From positions 1 to 64,000 of IMG/VR virus record IMGVR_UViG_3300005326_000044: a stretch of 64,000 nucleotides of DNA; one strand, given 5' to 3'. Positions 22,221-30,710 of the stretch are shown in pieces. The notes beneath the pieces are model-generated. The model was not told where the DNA came from. It saw only the letters and a list, made by a program, of their open reading frames with translations, and did no database searches. This DNA is from a virus. The position numbers were made by a program, and so were the translations under genes. Numbering within the stretch: position 1 is the stretch's first letter; every line of letters begins with the position of its first letter.

Positions 22221-23195
22221 GTGCAAAGCGAAGCAGAAATCATCAAACTAATCGAGGAGTATGCCAATAGCGCAGGCGAAACGCCTACTATTAAAGCATT
22301 TTCCGATAGATATGGATTTTATGCTTCTTCGATTGTTAGAAAATATGGTTCTTGGAATAATCTTTTAAAGAAGGCCAACCTAAAACCAAACAAAGCTGAC
22401 ACACGTTCTACAGAACAACTTCTTCTATGGTTGAAATCCCATCCTGATGCTCGTTACCAAGAAATTCCACTTGGTATCCGAAGCCGTCTTGAAACGAAAT
22501 ACAATTCTATTTCTGAGGCGAGAAAAGCTGCTGGTCTTCGTGTAACAGACTGGAGAACAGCAACTAGAAGGCGTAAGTATATCAAATCATCAAACAGTGG
22601 AAGACCAATAGAATTCACTGAAGATAAGATTATTGAAGGCTTGCAGAAACTCGCGATAGAGTTTGGCCGCCCTCCTCGAATTTGCGACATCACAAAGAAA
22701 CGCTGTGGTTTTACACCGGCTGTTGTCATTGCCCGATTTGGCAGTCTAAACAGCGCGCTACAAGCCGCTTCGCTTCCTATCGTTAATTCTTACCAAGAAC
22801 AAAACAAGCTAATAAAAGAGCTAGAGATTCTCGTTCTCAATGCAAAGTTAGTGCTTGGAGACATTCCTTGTTTCTTTAACTTTGAAGACGATACATTGAA
22901 ACCAACGTTTGTTTATTTGAATCATTGTGAGCTTGTAAGACTTAAAAGAAGCGACATCAATGAGGAAGAGATAATAAAATACAAAAAAACGTTTGGGAAG
23001 GTTATTATTTGGTATTTAGTAGATGATTCGCTGCAAGATTCAGCTAACGCCTCTATAATTTGCACAATGGATCTCATTTCAAATTTAAGCGGCAACAAAA
23101 TAGTAGTAGCTGAAAAACTAATGTCGTTACGAAAACAATATGATGAGCTTACAAGGGTATATGTTGGACAGCCCGTCATCGAAAAGATGGTTTAA
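22221..23195 (+). CDS. Homing-endonuclease-associated-repeat protein (DNA-binding repeats; nuclease domain not evident)
   Basis: Repeats GETPT...RKYGSWNNLLKKANL, KYNSISEARKAAGL and FTEDKIIEGL...GRPP...RFGSLNSALQAASL match the HNH-associated repeat pattern. Basic, non-structural composition; GTG start. Confidence 0.65.
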   Translation: MQSEAEIIKLIEEYANSAGETPTIKAFSDRYGFYASSIVRKYGSWNNLLKKANLKPNKADTRSTEQLLLWLKSHPDARYQEIPLGIRSRLETKYNSISEARKAAGLRVTDWRTATRRRKYIKSSNSGRPIEFTEDKIIEGLQKLAIEFGRPPRICDITKKRCGFTPAVVIARFGSLNSALQAASLPIVNSYQEQNKLIKELEILVLNAKLVLGDIPCFFNFEDDTLKPTFVYLNHCELVRLKRSDINEEEIIKYKKTFGKVIIWYLVDDSLQDSANASIICTMDLISNLSGNKIVVAEKLMSLRKQYDELTRVYVGQPVIEKMV

Positions 23196-23217
23196 TAACT
23201 AAGTAAAAAAGGTAAAC

Positions 23218-25695
23218 ATGAGTCCAAACATTCCAGAAGCAGATTATTTGAATCCTAATGTTGTTGCTCACTCCGAAGTGGTAACAAGTGGGGTTTCTAT
23301 TCCGGGCGCCAATAGAACCCTATGCATTATGGGGGAAGGTCGTCGTCGTGAGGTTATCGTCAATTTCGCAGCTGGTTATGGACAGGATGGGTTTAACGCA
23401 ACCTATACTTCCACTTCCGGTGCTGACGGAAGACATTTTCTATTGAAGCACGCTCCAATTGTTTCCAATAGAACAGAGATTCGAAAAAACGGCGCGCCTC
23501 TTACTATCCTTGAAGGACCTATTACTGGCGCTACTTTTTCAAATCGATATGATGCCAAGGTAGATACTACTACAGGCCAAATTGAGCTTCAAAGAGCTAG
23601 AATTTATAATCAAGGCGGCGCAGACTATGTTCCTTCTTCGGCAAATACAGGCGACGGAACAATTACTAGTCTGACCTTAACTGATGATAACGCTCCTGAA
23701 GAAACTTGGACGGTACGCTGTACCGCCGTTCGTAGAGACACGTACGGTAATCCTATCGATGGTTATGGTATATTTACGGTAACTGGTTCGGTTTCTGGTA
23801 AAATTCTAAACGAGTCTGGCGCGCCGATTATGTGGCAATCAGATGGTGTTGTTCGAACCAACGATGTTCTTCGCTTTGCAATAAGTGAAGGCTCAACTCC
23901 TTTTGAAGTAAATGATATTTTTACCATTAGAGTTGTAAGCGGCGTACTCAAAGCAGGAGACAATCTAATTGCACACTATATTGCAACTCTGGACGTAAAC
24001 GATCCTGAGTTCTTTACTGATATGGATCAAATTGTTGCAAAACACGGTCTACCAAGCACTGATAATACACTGTCTCTTGGTTGCCAAATTGCTTTTGCTA
24101 ACTCTGTTCCAGGTGTATATTGTATCCAGTGCGCTCCTGGTATTCCTCGTCGTGTAACTTATACTCTTGCTGAAACCGCAACTGGCGGCAAAACAGCAGA
24201 AGATCTAACATTCCCTCTTCCGGTTGGAGTTGTCCCAGATACTGACAGCAGCATTAAGTTCTTTTATGTAAACAGAACTACAGGCGTTCGTACACAAATT
24301 CTGCCGAACAAAGTTGATTTCTTCACCGCAGAGATTGAAGCTGACATTTCGTCCTTCATTATAGGCGGAACATACGCTTATTCCTATACCGTTGTCAACG
24401 GCTATGGTTTGGTTAGAGATGGAGAAAACGGCAGCTTAACTCTTGATGTTCCGGAGTACGCTTATTTTGCTGACGATTCTGTTGTTTTCAATACAGATGA
24501 TGCTGGTTCAGGTACATATAAATTGATCATAACTGGTTCAACTAGCACGAACAATAGCCCCGTTGGAGGCTTTGAAATCGTTGGCGTTTCGGATGGCAAA
24601 CTCCGTATTCATCGCACTTCTGGTAGCTTTACCGAAGAACTCAATAGTTCAACTATCACATGGGAAATAGTTGATACGGCAACAGAAACATCAAAGATTT
24701 TGCTTACAGAAGATCTTGCCCCGGCCATTGGTCAGGGTCTAGAGTGCATGGTAATCGATACAAGAGACGCTACATTTTATGATGCTGGCTGGATTAGCGC
24801 TCTTGAAAAATTAGAGACAGTTAATGTGGACATGATTGTTCCGCTTCCTAAACAAACTATCAGCGCTATTATGCAAAGCACAATGGCACACTGTATCAGT
24901 ATGTCTAGGCTTAAGAACGGCAAAGAGCGTGTACTTCTTACTGGTGCTGTTCAGGGTCTATTGCCGGTACACGTTACTGGCGAAGAGAGCGCTGCTGTTG
25001 AAGACCTTGGAGTGCTTGAAGGAATTCAAGGCGACGATCCACTAGAGATTCAGAGCGGCAATATTGAAGACTTGACCAACTACAGCGTCCGCGCTGCATA
25101 CGGCTCAACGTATCGCTGCATTTACATGTACCCTGATCAGATTCTAGTATCTGTCTCTGGTACAAACACATATCTCGATGGATTCTACATGGCAGCCGCT
25201 CTTGGCGGTTGGCTATCAGCTACTGGCAACGTAGCAATGCCCGTTACCAATAAGGTCATTACAGGTTTCTCGATTCCTCGTTCGCGCACATTCTCCACGA
25301 TTGTTGCAGAGAACATTACTCGTGAAGGCATCGTTCTCGTTGAGCCTGTGCTTGGAGGCGGCAGGGTTGTTTGGGGTAAGACAACTTCTCAATCCGGTTT
25401 CCCAGAGGAAGAGGAGATTTCCATTCTCTTTATTCGTGACAAAATTGCTAAGGTTTGTCGCGAAGCTCTACGCGGGTTTATTGGTCTACCAGAGAGTCCG
25501 ACACTTGCCAGTAATATGTTGGTTCGAGTGAACGGTCTTCTTACAGCCTTTATCAATCAAGGTCTAATCACAGCCTTTAGCGATGTTACTGTTGCTAAAG
25601 ATTCAGTTGAACCTCGCCAGTGGAATGTCCGTTTCAAGGTTACTCCTACCTATCCGATCAACTGGATTTATATCCGGTTTGAAGTTGGGTCATAA
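23218..25695 (+). CDS. Contractile tail sheath protein (825 aa, with large inserted domains)
   Basis: C-terminal sheath signature: HC..MS....KER, YMAAALGG, EISILFIRD.....R...FIG, GLITAF.DV.V...P....V.F...P.YPINWIYIRF. Lies immediately upstream of the tube gene. Confidence 0.9.
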   Translation: MSPNIPEADYLNPNVVAHSEVVTSGVSIPGANRTLCIMGEGRRREVIVNFAAGYGQDGFNATYTSTSGADGRHFLLKHAPIVSNRTEIRKNGAPLTILEGPITGATFSNRYDAKVDTTTGQIELQRARIYNQGGADYVPSSANTGDGTITSLTLTDDNAPEETWTVRCTAVRRDTYGNPIDGYGIFTVTGSVSGKILNESGAPIMWQSDGVVRTNDVLRFAISEGSTPFEVNDIFTIRVVSGVLKAGDNLIAHYIATLDVNDPEFFTDMDQIVAKHGLPSTDNTLSLGCQIAFANSVPGVYCIQCAPGIPRRVTYTLAETATGGKTAEDLTFPLPVGVVPDTDSSIKFFYVNRTTGVRTQILPNKVDFFTAEIEADISSFIIGGTYAYSYTVVNGYGLVRDGENGSLTLDVPEYAYFADDSVVFNTDDAGSGTYKLIITGSTSTNNSPVGGFEIVGVSDGKLRIHRTSGSFTEELNSSTITWEIVDTATETSKILLTEDLAPAIGQGLECMVIDTRDATFYDAGWISALEKLETVNVDMIVPLPKQTISAIMQSTMAHCISMSRLKNGKERVLLTGAVQGLLPVHVTGEESAAVEDLGVLEGIQGDDPLEIQSGNIEDLTNYSVRAAYGSTYRCIYMYPDQILVSVSGTNTYLDGFYMAAALGGWLSATGNVAMPVTNKVITGFSIPRSRTFSTIVAENITREGIVLVEPVLGGGRVVWGKTTSQSGFPEEEEISILFIRDKIAKVCREALRGFIGLPESPTLASNMLVRVNGLLTAFINQGLITAFSDVTVAKDSVEPRQWNVRFKVTPTYPINWIYIRFEVGS

Positions 25696-25714
25696 CATAA
25701 TCCTAGCGTAAATG

Positions 25715-25746
25715 AAAACGGATGTCCTAAAGGGCATCCGTTTTTG
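25715..25746 (+). terminator. Intrinsic terminator hairpin after the sheath gene (potentially bidirectional)
   Basis: aaaacggatgtcc-taaa-gggcatccgttttt: 13-bp stem with one G-U pair, flanked by A and T runs. Confidence 0.8.
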
Positions 25747-25888
25747 TTAATTAACTTATCTTATGCTAATGATAATCCAAGTATTTTAGCTTCTTTTAAT
25801 TGAAAATTGTCAATTGATTTAATTTTTGTTATGTCAATAAACGTGTATTTAGTTGATAAGAAAGACTTGACAAACACTAGAGGGCACA

Positions 25889-26560
25889 ATGGCTGACTAT
25901 CCGCAAACTGGGTCAATTCTAACAAATAGCGGCGGGAATATTAACCAACTAAGCGCTGGAAGCTACGGTCAAAACTTTAACCGTACCGGCATTTCTCTCA
26001 GCACCATGATTCTAATTCAGGTGGGGGAGACTCCTGTAGGTGCTATTCAGGAGATTTCAATCAATGAAACCAGACCTATTCGCGTTATTGGCGAAGTAGG
26101 AACAGACGGTATCATTGACTCAGCACCACAGAAATACGCAGAGTTCCGAGGAAATTGTAACCGTATTCGGTTCGATCGTTTACGTATTGCAGAAGCATTT
26201 GGCCGTGGATTTACTCACGTTCATGCTCAACGCATTCCTTTCGACATTACGATTACGGATTTCTTTGGTTATTCTCCCTCAGCCGGACAAGACGCTAAGA
26301 TTGTTACCGTTATCAAGAACGTTTGGATTAGCGGTATCAACTACACATATAGCGCAAGCGAGTATATCGTAAGCGATCGTATGGAGTTTGTTGCTGAAGC
26401 AATCTTTAGTCAGTTGGCTGTTGGCGGCGGAAATGTGGCTACTGGTGGAGCACGCGATCTAGACATCGCAGTTGACCCAATCGAACAGATGGCTGATCGT
26501 GGTCTGCGTCGGGGCTCTCTCGATGCACCCGGACTTCTAAATGCCGTCTATCAGTCCTAA
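25889..26560 (+). CDS. Tail tube protein
   Basis: IQVGETPVGAIQEISINETRPIRVIGEVG...PFDITITD...IKNVWISGINYTY is the tube pattern of large myophages; follows the sheath. Confidence 0.8.
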   Translation: MADYPQTGSILTNSGGNINQLSAGSYGQNFNRTGISLSTMILIQVGETPVGAIQEISINETRPIRVIGEVGTDGIIDSAPQKYAEFRGNCNRIRFDRLRIAEAFGRGFTHVHAQRIPFDITITDFFGYSPSAGQDAKIVTVIKNVWISGINYTYSASEYIVSDRMEFVAEAIFSQLAVGGGNVATGGARDLDIAVDPIEQMADRGLRRGSLDAPGLLNAVYQS

Positions 26561-26654
26561 TCAATTGTTTCTAGCAAGTCTTCTCGCCTAAAACCCTCTA
26601 AAAAATTCAGTAAGTTATATATAACGGTTCGGACCCAATTCAAGAAGGAGAAAT

Positions 26655-27407
26655 ATGGGTAATATCGAAAGTAAAATCGGAAAAACGCCGGTTAGTTCTG
26701 TTCCTATGCGAACATTTACTGTTGATGATCCAACAGCGTTGCAGGACATTCCAGCGGCAAACGAAACTCCAGCACATATGAAGCAGATATCGCCGCAACA
26801 ATTTCAGGAATACAGAAATCAAATTGCAGCGTTGAAACAAGAGCAAAGCCAAGGTTCTTCACAGCAATTTGGTTCCACCGAAGATGTTTTAGCTCCAACA
26901 CGCGGCACAAGAGAACATAACCCAGAAGACGAACAGCTTCTTAGCATGTTTACTGGAAATAGTTCAAGCATCTCAAGAAATACTAGTCCGGTTGAGGAAA
27001 AAATGCCTCAAGATAGAAAAGACATTCTTGAAGTTCTGCTTGGCCTAAATCAAAAAACCGCTTCAACGGAAATTGAAGGTCACGAAATCGTTTTGAGAAA
27101 ACTTAAGAGCGATGAAAACAAACGTATTTTCAAACACGTTAATAAGTTGCCCGACCCTATTGAAAAGATCTATACAACGAAACATTTTGTCCTTGCTTTA
27201 TCTGTTGTTTCCGTAGACGGGCAAGAATTATCTGAAATTCTTAGTGGAGGAGAGGATGAAGACAAGCTTCGCCTTGAACTCATTCAGAATATGGAAAGCG
27301 AAGCTGTTGAACAACTGTGGAATACTTATAAAGACAAGATCAGCAATGTCTACAATGTTTCTTCGCCAGAAGCAACGAAGGAGGTTATTTCTGATTTAAA
27401 AAAATAG
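26655..27407 (+). CDS. Tail assembly chaperone (G-like)
   Basis: Acidic protein between tube and tape measure that ends in a slippery sequence. Confidence 0.7.
   Translation: MGNIESKIGKTPVSSVPMRTFTVDDPTALQDIPAANETPAHMKQISPQQFQEYRNQIAALKQEQSQGSSQQFGSTEDVLAPTRGTREHNPEDEQLLSMFTGNSSSISRNTSPVEEKMPQDRKDILEVLLGLNQKTASTEIEGHEIVLRKLKSDENKRIFKHVNKLPDPIEKIYTTKHFVLALSVVSVDGQELSEILSGGEDEDKLRLELIQNMESEAVEQLWNTYKDKISNVYNVSSPEATKEVISDLKK
27395..27404 (+). other. Programmed -1 ribosomal frameshift site (T TTA AAA / A AAA AAA)
   Basis: GAT TTA AAA AAA TAG. The -1 frame continues AAA ATA GTG AAG GAG CCT... into ORF 27407..27808, the conserved G/GT arrangement upstream of tape measure genes. Confidence 0.8.
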
Positions 27408-27808
27408 TGAAGGAGCCTGATCATAGATTTTTATGGCATTTGTGTGAGATGTTTCGGTGTGAGCCAGATGACCCTCGGATTACTGAAATGGACGACATCA
27501 AAAAAACTTGGATGTATTATAGCTGGCTCGAAAGCCAAGGCGAAGAAAATCTAAGGTTGCGTCGATTAGGGTGTTTGATTGGTTCATTCTGGAATCCGGA
27601 AGCAGCAAAAGAAATGCTTGGAATTGGGGTCAACAAAGTAGCAGTTTCTGATGAACAATTTGAAAAAAGCATTGAGTTCGTTAGAGAAAACAAAAAGGCT
27701 CCGTTTGTGCTAAAAGATGGCGATCTTATTTCCACTAAGTCTGAACAACCACCGGGCAAGAAAAGAAAAAAGAAGAAGCAAATTCAATTTGATATGTCTG
27801 GAGAATAA
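27407..27808 (+). CDS. Tail assembly chaperone, frameshift extension (T-like portion of a G-T fusion)
   Basis: In the -1 frame relative to the upstream gene and overlapping its stop. Pattern FLWHLCEMF...PDDPRI..MD....WMY..W. Confidence 0.7.
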   Translation: MKEPDHRFLWHLCEMFRCEPDDPRITEMDDIKKTWMYYSWLESQGEENLRLRRLGCLIGSFWNPEAAKEMLGIGVNKVAVSDEQFEKSIEFVRENKKAPFVLKDGDLISTKSEQPPGKKRKKKKQIQFDMSGE

Positions 27809-29982
27809 TGTCTGATATATTTAGTCAAATTGGGCTTAATCCCCAAGATATCTTAAAAATAAAGAAAGCCCTTGACCCTGAAGATCTTCAGAAATTCTTA
27901 CACCACTTAATGGAAATTAGTAACAAAGGCGGAGAAGCCTTTGTTAAGCTCAAAGAACAAATTCAAAAAGCTCTTTCTAAGCTTCAGAATACATCAGATA
28001 TAGATGAGTGGAAAAGATCGTTTGAAAGTCTTGGAACTAAAGCGGCTGAAGTATTCAATAATATAACTTCGGACCTTAAAGTTTGGACTAACGTTTGCAA
28101 TGATGCCACAACATATATAAAAGATTTTTTCAAAGCGATTGAAGAAGGTGACGCGACCGCTGAAGAGAATTTAACGAAATTGATTTCTTTGACAGCAATG
28201 TTTACTACAGAAGCTGCAAAATCTTTAGGACAATTCTCCGCAGAAGCAAATAAAATAACTGAATCTTATAAAGACGTATTGAATCTTGTACCCGTAGCAG
28301 GAGAAGCTTTTGCTAAGGTTGCCCAAAAAGCTGATTTTGCCAAAGGCTTTGAAAATAGTTTCATGAGCGCTATGGCAAAGGTTGGTGAAATGGACAAGGT
28401 CTTGGCATCAGGTATGTCCTTTGAAAATATGAATGGCAGAATGCGCGAGAACATGGATAAGCTAGTGCTTATTAGCGATTCTGCTGCGACTAAGATGGGC
28501 ATGGGGATGAGCGAAAGCATCTCAAAAACGATGAAGCTGATTGAAAGTATCCCTGATGCTTATGATAAAACGTATAAGATTGCGGGGAAAGAACACGTAC
28601 AAGCAATGCAGCTTCTTGAAACAGTAGCAAGAGGGACAGGGCAAACGTATGATTCTGTAGCGGCTGTTGGGCATCAAATGTTCATGACATGGAACACTGA
28701 TGCTAAAGAAGCAGCCTCACGATTTTCTCTCATTTCATCTGCGGCTAACGACACAAATATTCCGTTTGAAAGATTGCGAGATACCGTTCAGGGCATTGAT
28801 CAGGACTTTAGAATGTGGGGCAGATCAGCAGATGGCACAATCGGAATGCTCAAGCAAATCAATGAGATTCTAAAAGAGCAAGGGCTTGGTGCTAACGCCG
28901 TCCTAGAAATCCAGAAATCACTTGCTTCATCCGCAGAAAGAATGAGTTTTGATAAGAAAGCTTTCTTTGGTATGGAAGCTGGTATTGGTGGAGGCGCGGC
29001 TCATGCAGGCTTAGAAGTTGAAAATATGGTTCAAAAAGGAGATTGGGGTAAGCTGATTGGAATGATGCAAGATGTCGTAGGCAACATGGGCGGGAACGGG
29101 CAAGTAATGAATATGCAAGAGGCTTTAGCTACCCCTGGAGGAGCAGACATATACCTACAGCAGAGAATGGCTCTTCAACAGTTCTCTGGTATTGGCGACG
29201 CTGGTATGCTTAATAGAATTATGGATATAATGAACAAAACCCAGCTTGGCGAAGCGCCAGACCAAGACGGAATGCTTGCTCTTGAAAACGCTTTCAATAA
29301 AGGAAACACCATTCAACAGCATCAGTACAATGATCTGACAAGAATTGCAAACAAACTCGAAAATGGAAAGATTCTAGTAGCATTTGAAGCATTGGAACAA
29401 CAACAGAATTTGACAGGTGCTGGCGGAAAAGAGGATTTATATCTTAAGGCTCAAGCGTTGGCTGAAACAAAAACAGCGGGCCATTTTGATACTCTAAGCC
29501 GTTCAGTTATCAATGATTTTAAAGGTTTGTTAGGTGATTTGCGAGGTATGGTCGTAAACTCTAAAGATATACTTGACCAGCAACTTAACAAAGCAAAAGG
29601 GGCTCTAGAAGACAAAAGACTTGCAAGAGAAGCTGATGAATTAGCTGCCCCTCCAGTAACTTCATCCGTAGCGCCTGTAATTCCATCTCGCAGTAAAAAT
29701 TCAGCAGCAACCGGGCTGTATAATGCGGCGGTACAAAGTTTTGTTCCTCCACAACAGATTGTTGAAGATGTAAATGGAGAAGACGGCACAATAACACCAA
29801 GATTACCACAAACAGGGGTCGATACAGCTTCTAATCCAAATGGACCTCAAGGAACTCTTCGTATTGTAATCGAAAAGAACGGCGAAGTAACACATGAAGA
29901 ATTTGTAAGTGCTATGCAATTATTTAGAGAAGAGTTTAGGAAAACCGTTAATGTTGGTCCGAACCAAAACAAATCCGCATAA
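27808..29982 (+). CDS. Tape measure protein
   Basis: Alpha-helical, Ala/Lys/Met/Gln-rich 724-aa protein directly after the chaperone pair. Confidence 0.7.
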   Translation: MSDIFSQIGLNPQDILKIKKALDPEDLQKFLHHLMEISNKGGEAFVKLKEQIQKALSKLQNTSDIDEWKRSFESLGTKAAEVFNNITSDLKVWTNVCNDATTYIKDFFKAIEEGDATAEENLTKLISLTAMFTTEAAKSLGQFSAEANKITESYKDVLNLVPVAGEAFAKVAQKADFAKGFENSFMSAMAKVGEMDKVLASGMSFENMNGRMRENMDKLVLISDSAATKMGMGMSESISKTMKLIESIPDAYDKTYKIAGKEHVQAMQLLETVARGTGQTYDSVAAVGHQMFMTWNTDAKEAASRFSLISSAANDTNIPFERLRDTVQGIDQDFRMWGRSADGTIGMLKQINEILKEQGLGANAVLEIQKSLASSAERMSFDKKAFFGMEAGIGGGAAHAGLEVENMVQKGDWGKLIGMMQDVVGNMGGNGQVMNMQEALATPGGADIYLQQRMALQQFSGIGDAGMLNRIMDIMNKTQLGEAPDQDGMLALENAFNKGNTIQQHQYNDLTRIANKLENGKILVAFEALEQQQNLTGAGGKEDLYLKAQALAETKTAGHFDTLSRSVINDFKGLLGDLRGMVVNSKDILDQQLNKAKGALEDKRLAREADELAAPPVTSSVAPVIPSRSKNSAATGLYNAAVQSFVPPQQIVEDVNGEDGTITPRLPQTGVDTASNPNGPQGTLRIVIEKNGEVTHEEFVSAMQLFREEFRKTVNVGPNQNKSA

Positions 29983-29996
29983 TTATTTAGAGGCTT

Positions 29997-30707
29997 ATGG
30001 ATAACAACACAATATATTCTACCAATGGTCAGTCGAGAGGTTACGCAACATATCGTCGTCAGCTTTTACGTTGGCTGGTTCCTGATGTTGGATATATTCA
30101 AATGTATGTAAATCCACAAAGCATCAACATCAATCGTGCCAAAGCAATTAAAAGCGAACGAACCAAAGGTGGATTTGTTATTCAGTATTGGGGAGAAGAA
30201 CTTACAGACATCACGATTACCGGAACTACGGCTACCTCAGGAGTTGAAGGACTGAACATTCTTCATGACATCTATCGCTCTGAACAAATAGGATTTAATA
30301 CTTCCGCTTTGAACGCTGAAGCCATTTATGAAAACGAAACTGTTCAAAGCTGGATTGATACCGTTTTTCCTAGCATTGGTGATGCGTTAGATTTTTTCAA
30401 GGACTTTGGAGACAATGGGCTTAATACTCCGTATGCCCAAGCAAAACCTACTTTAGCTTACATGGCTTCTTCAGTAGAAATGCATTATATGGGTTCGTCG
30501 TTCAAAGGGTTTTTTACTGGTTTTACTTGCACTGAATCCGCTGACCAAGCTGGGTGGTTCAATTACGACTTGAAGTTCAAAGCGTTCCTTGAACGTGGGC
30601 GCCGTAGTAACTTCATGCCATGGCATCGTTCTCCTACGGTAACAAATCAAACAATGAATTCAAGCGTTCCATGGGAACTTAATATGTCCTATTACAACTT
30701 AAGGTAA
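29997..30707 (+). CDS. Tail tube initiator / baseplate-tube junction protein (gp48/gp54-like)
   Basis: MYVNPQSINI...RTKGGFVIQYWGEELTDITITGTT...FKGFFTGFTCTES...FNYDLKF tube-fold pattern; follows the tape measure. Confidence 0.65.
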   Translation: MDNNTIYSTNGQSRGYATYRRQLLRWLVPDVGYIQMYVNPQSININRAKAIKSERTKGGFVIQYWGEELTDITITGTTATSGVEGLNILHDIYRSEQIGFNTSALNAEAIYENETVQSWIDTVFPSIGDALDFFKDFGDNGLNTPYAQAKPTLAYMASSVEMHYMGSSFKGFFTGFTCTESADQAGWFNYDLKFKAFLERGRRSNFMPWHRSPTVTNQTMNSSVPWELNMSYYNLR

Positions 30708-30710
30708 GAA

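Noticed and set aside
15737-25872. TTGACA hexamers at 15737 and 25867 as sigma70 -35 boxes
   Set aside because: No acceptable -10 element at 16-18 bp spacing.
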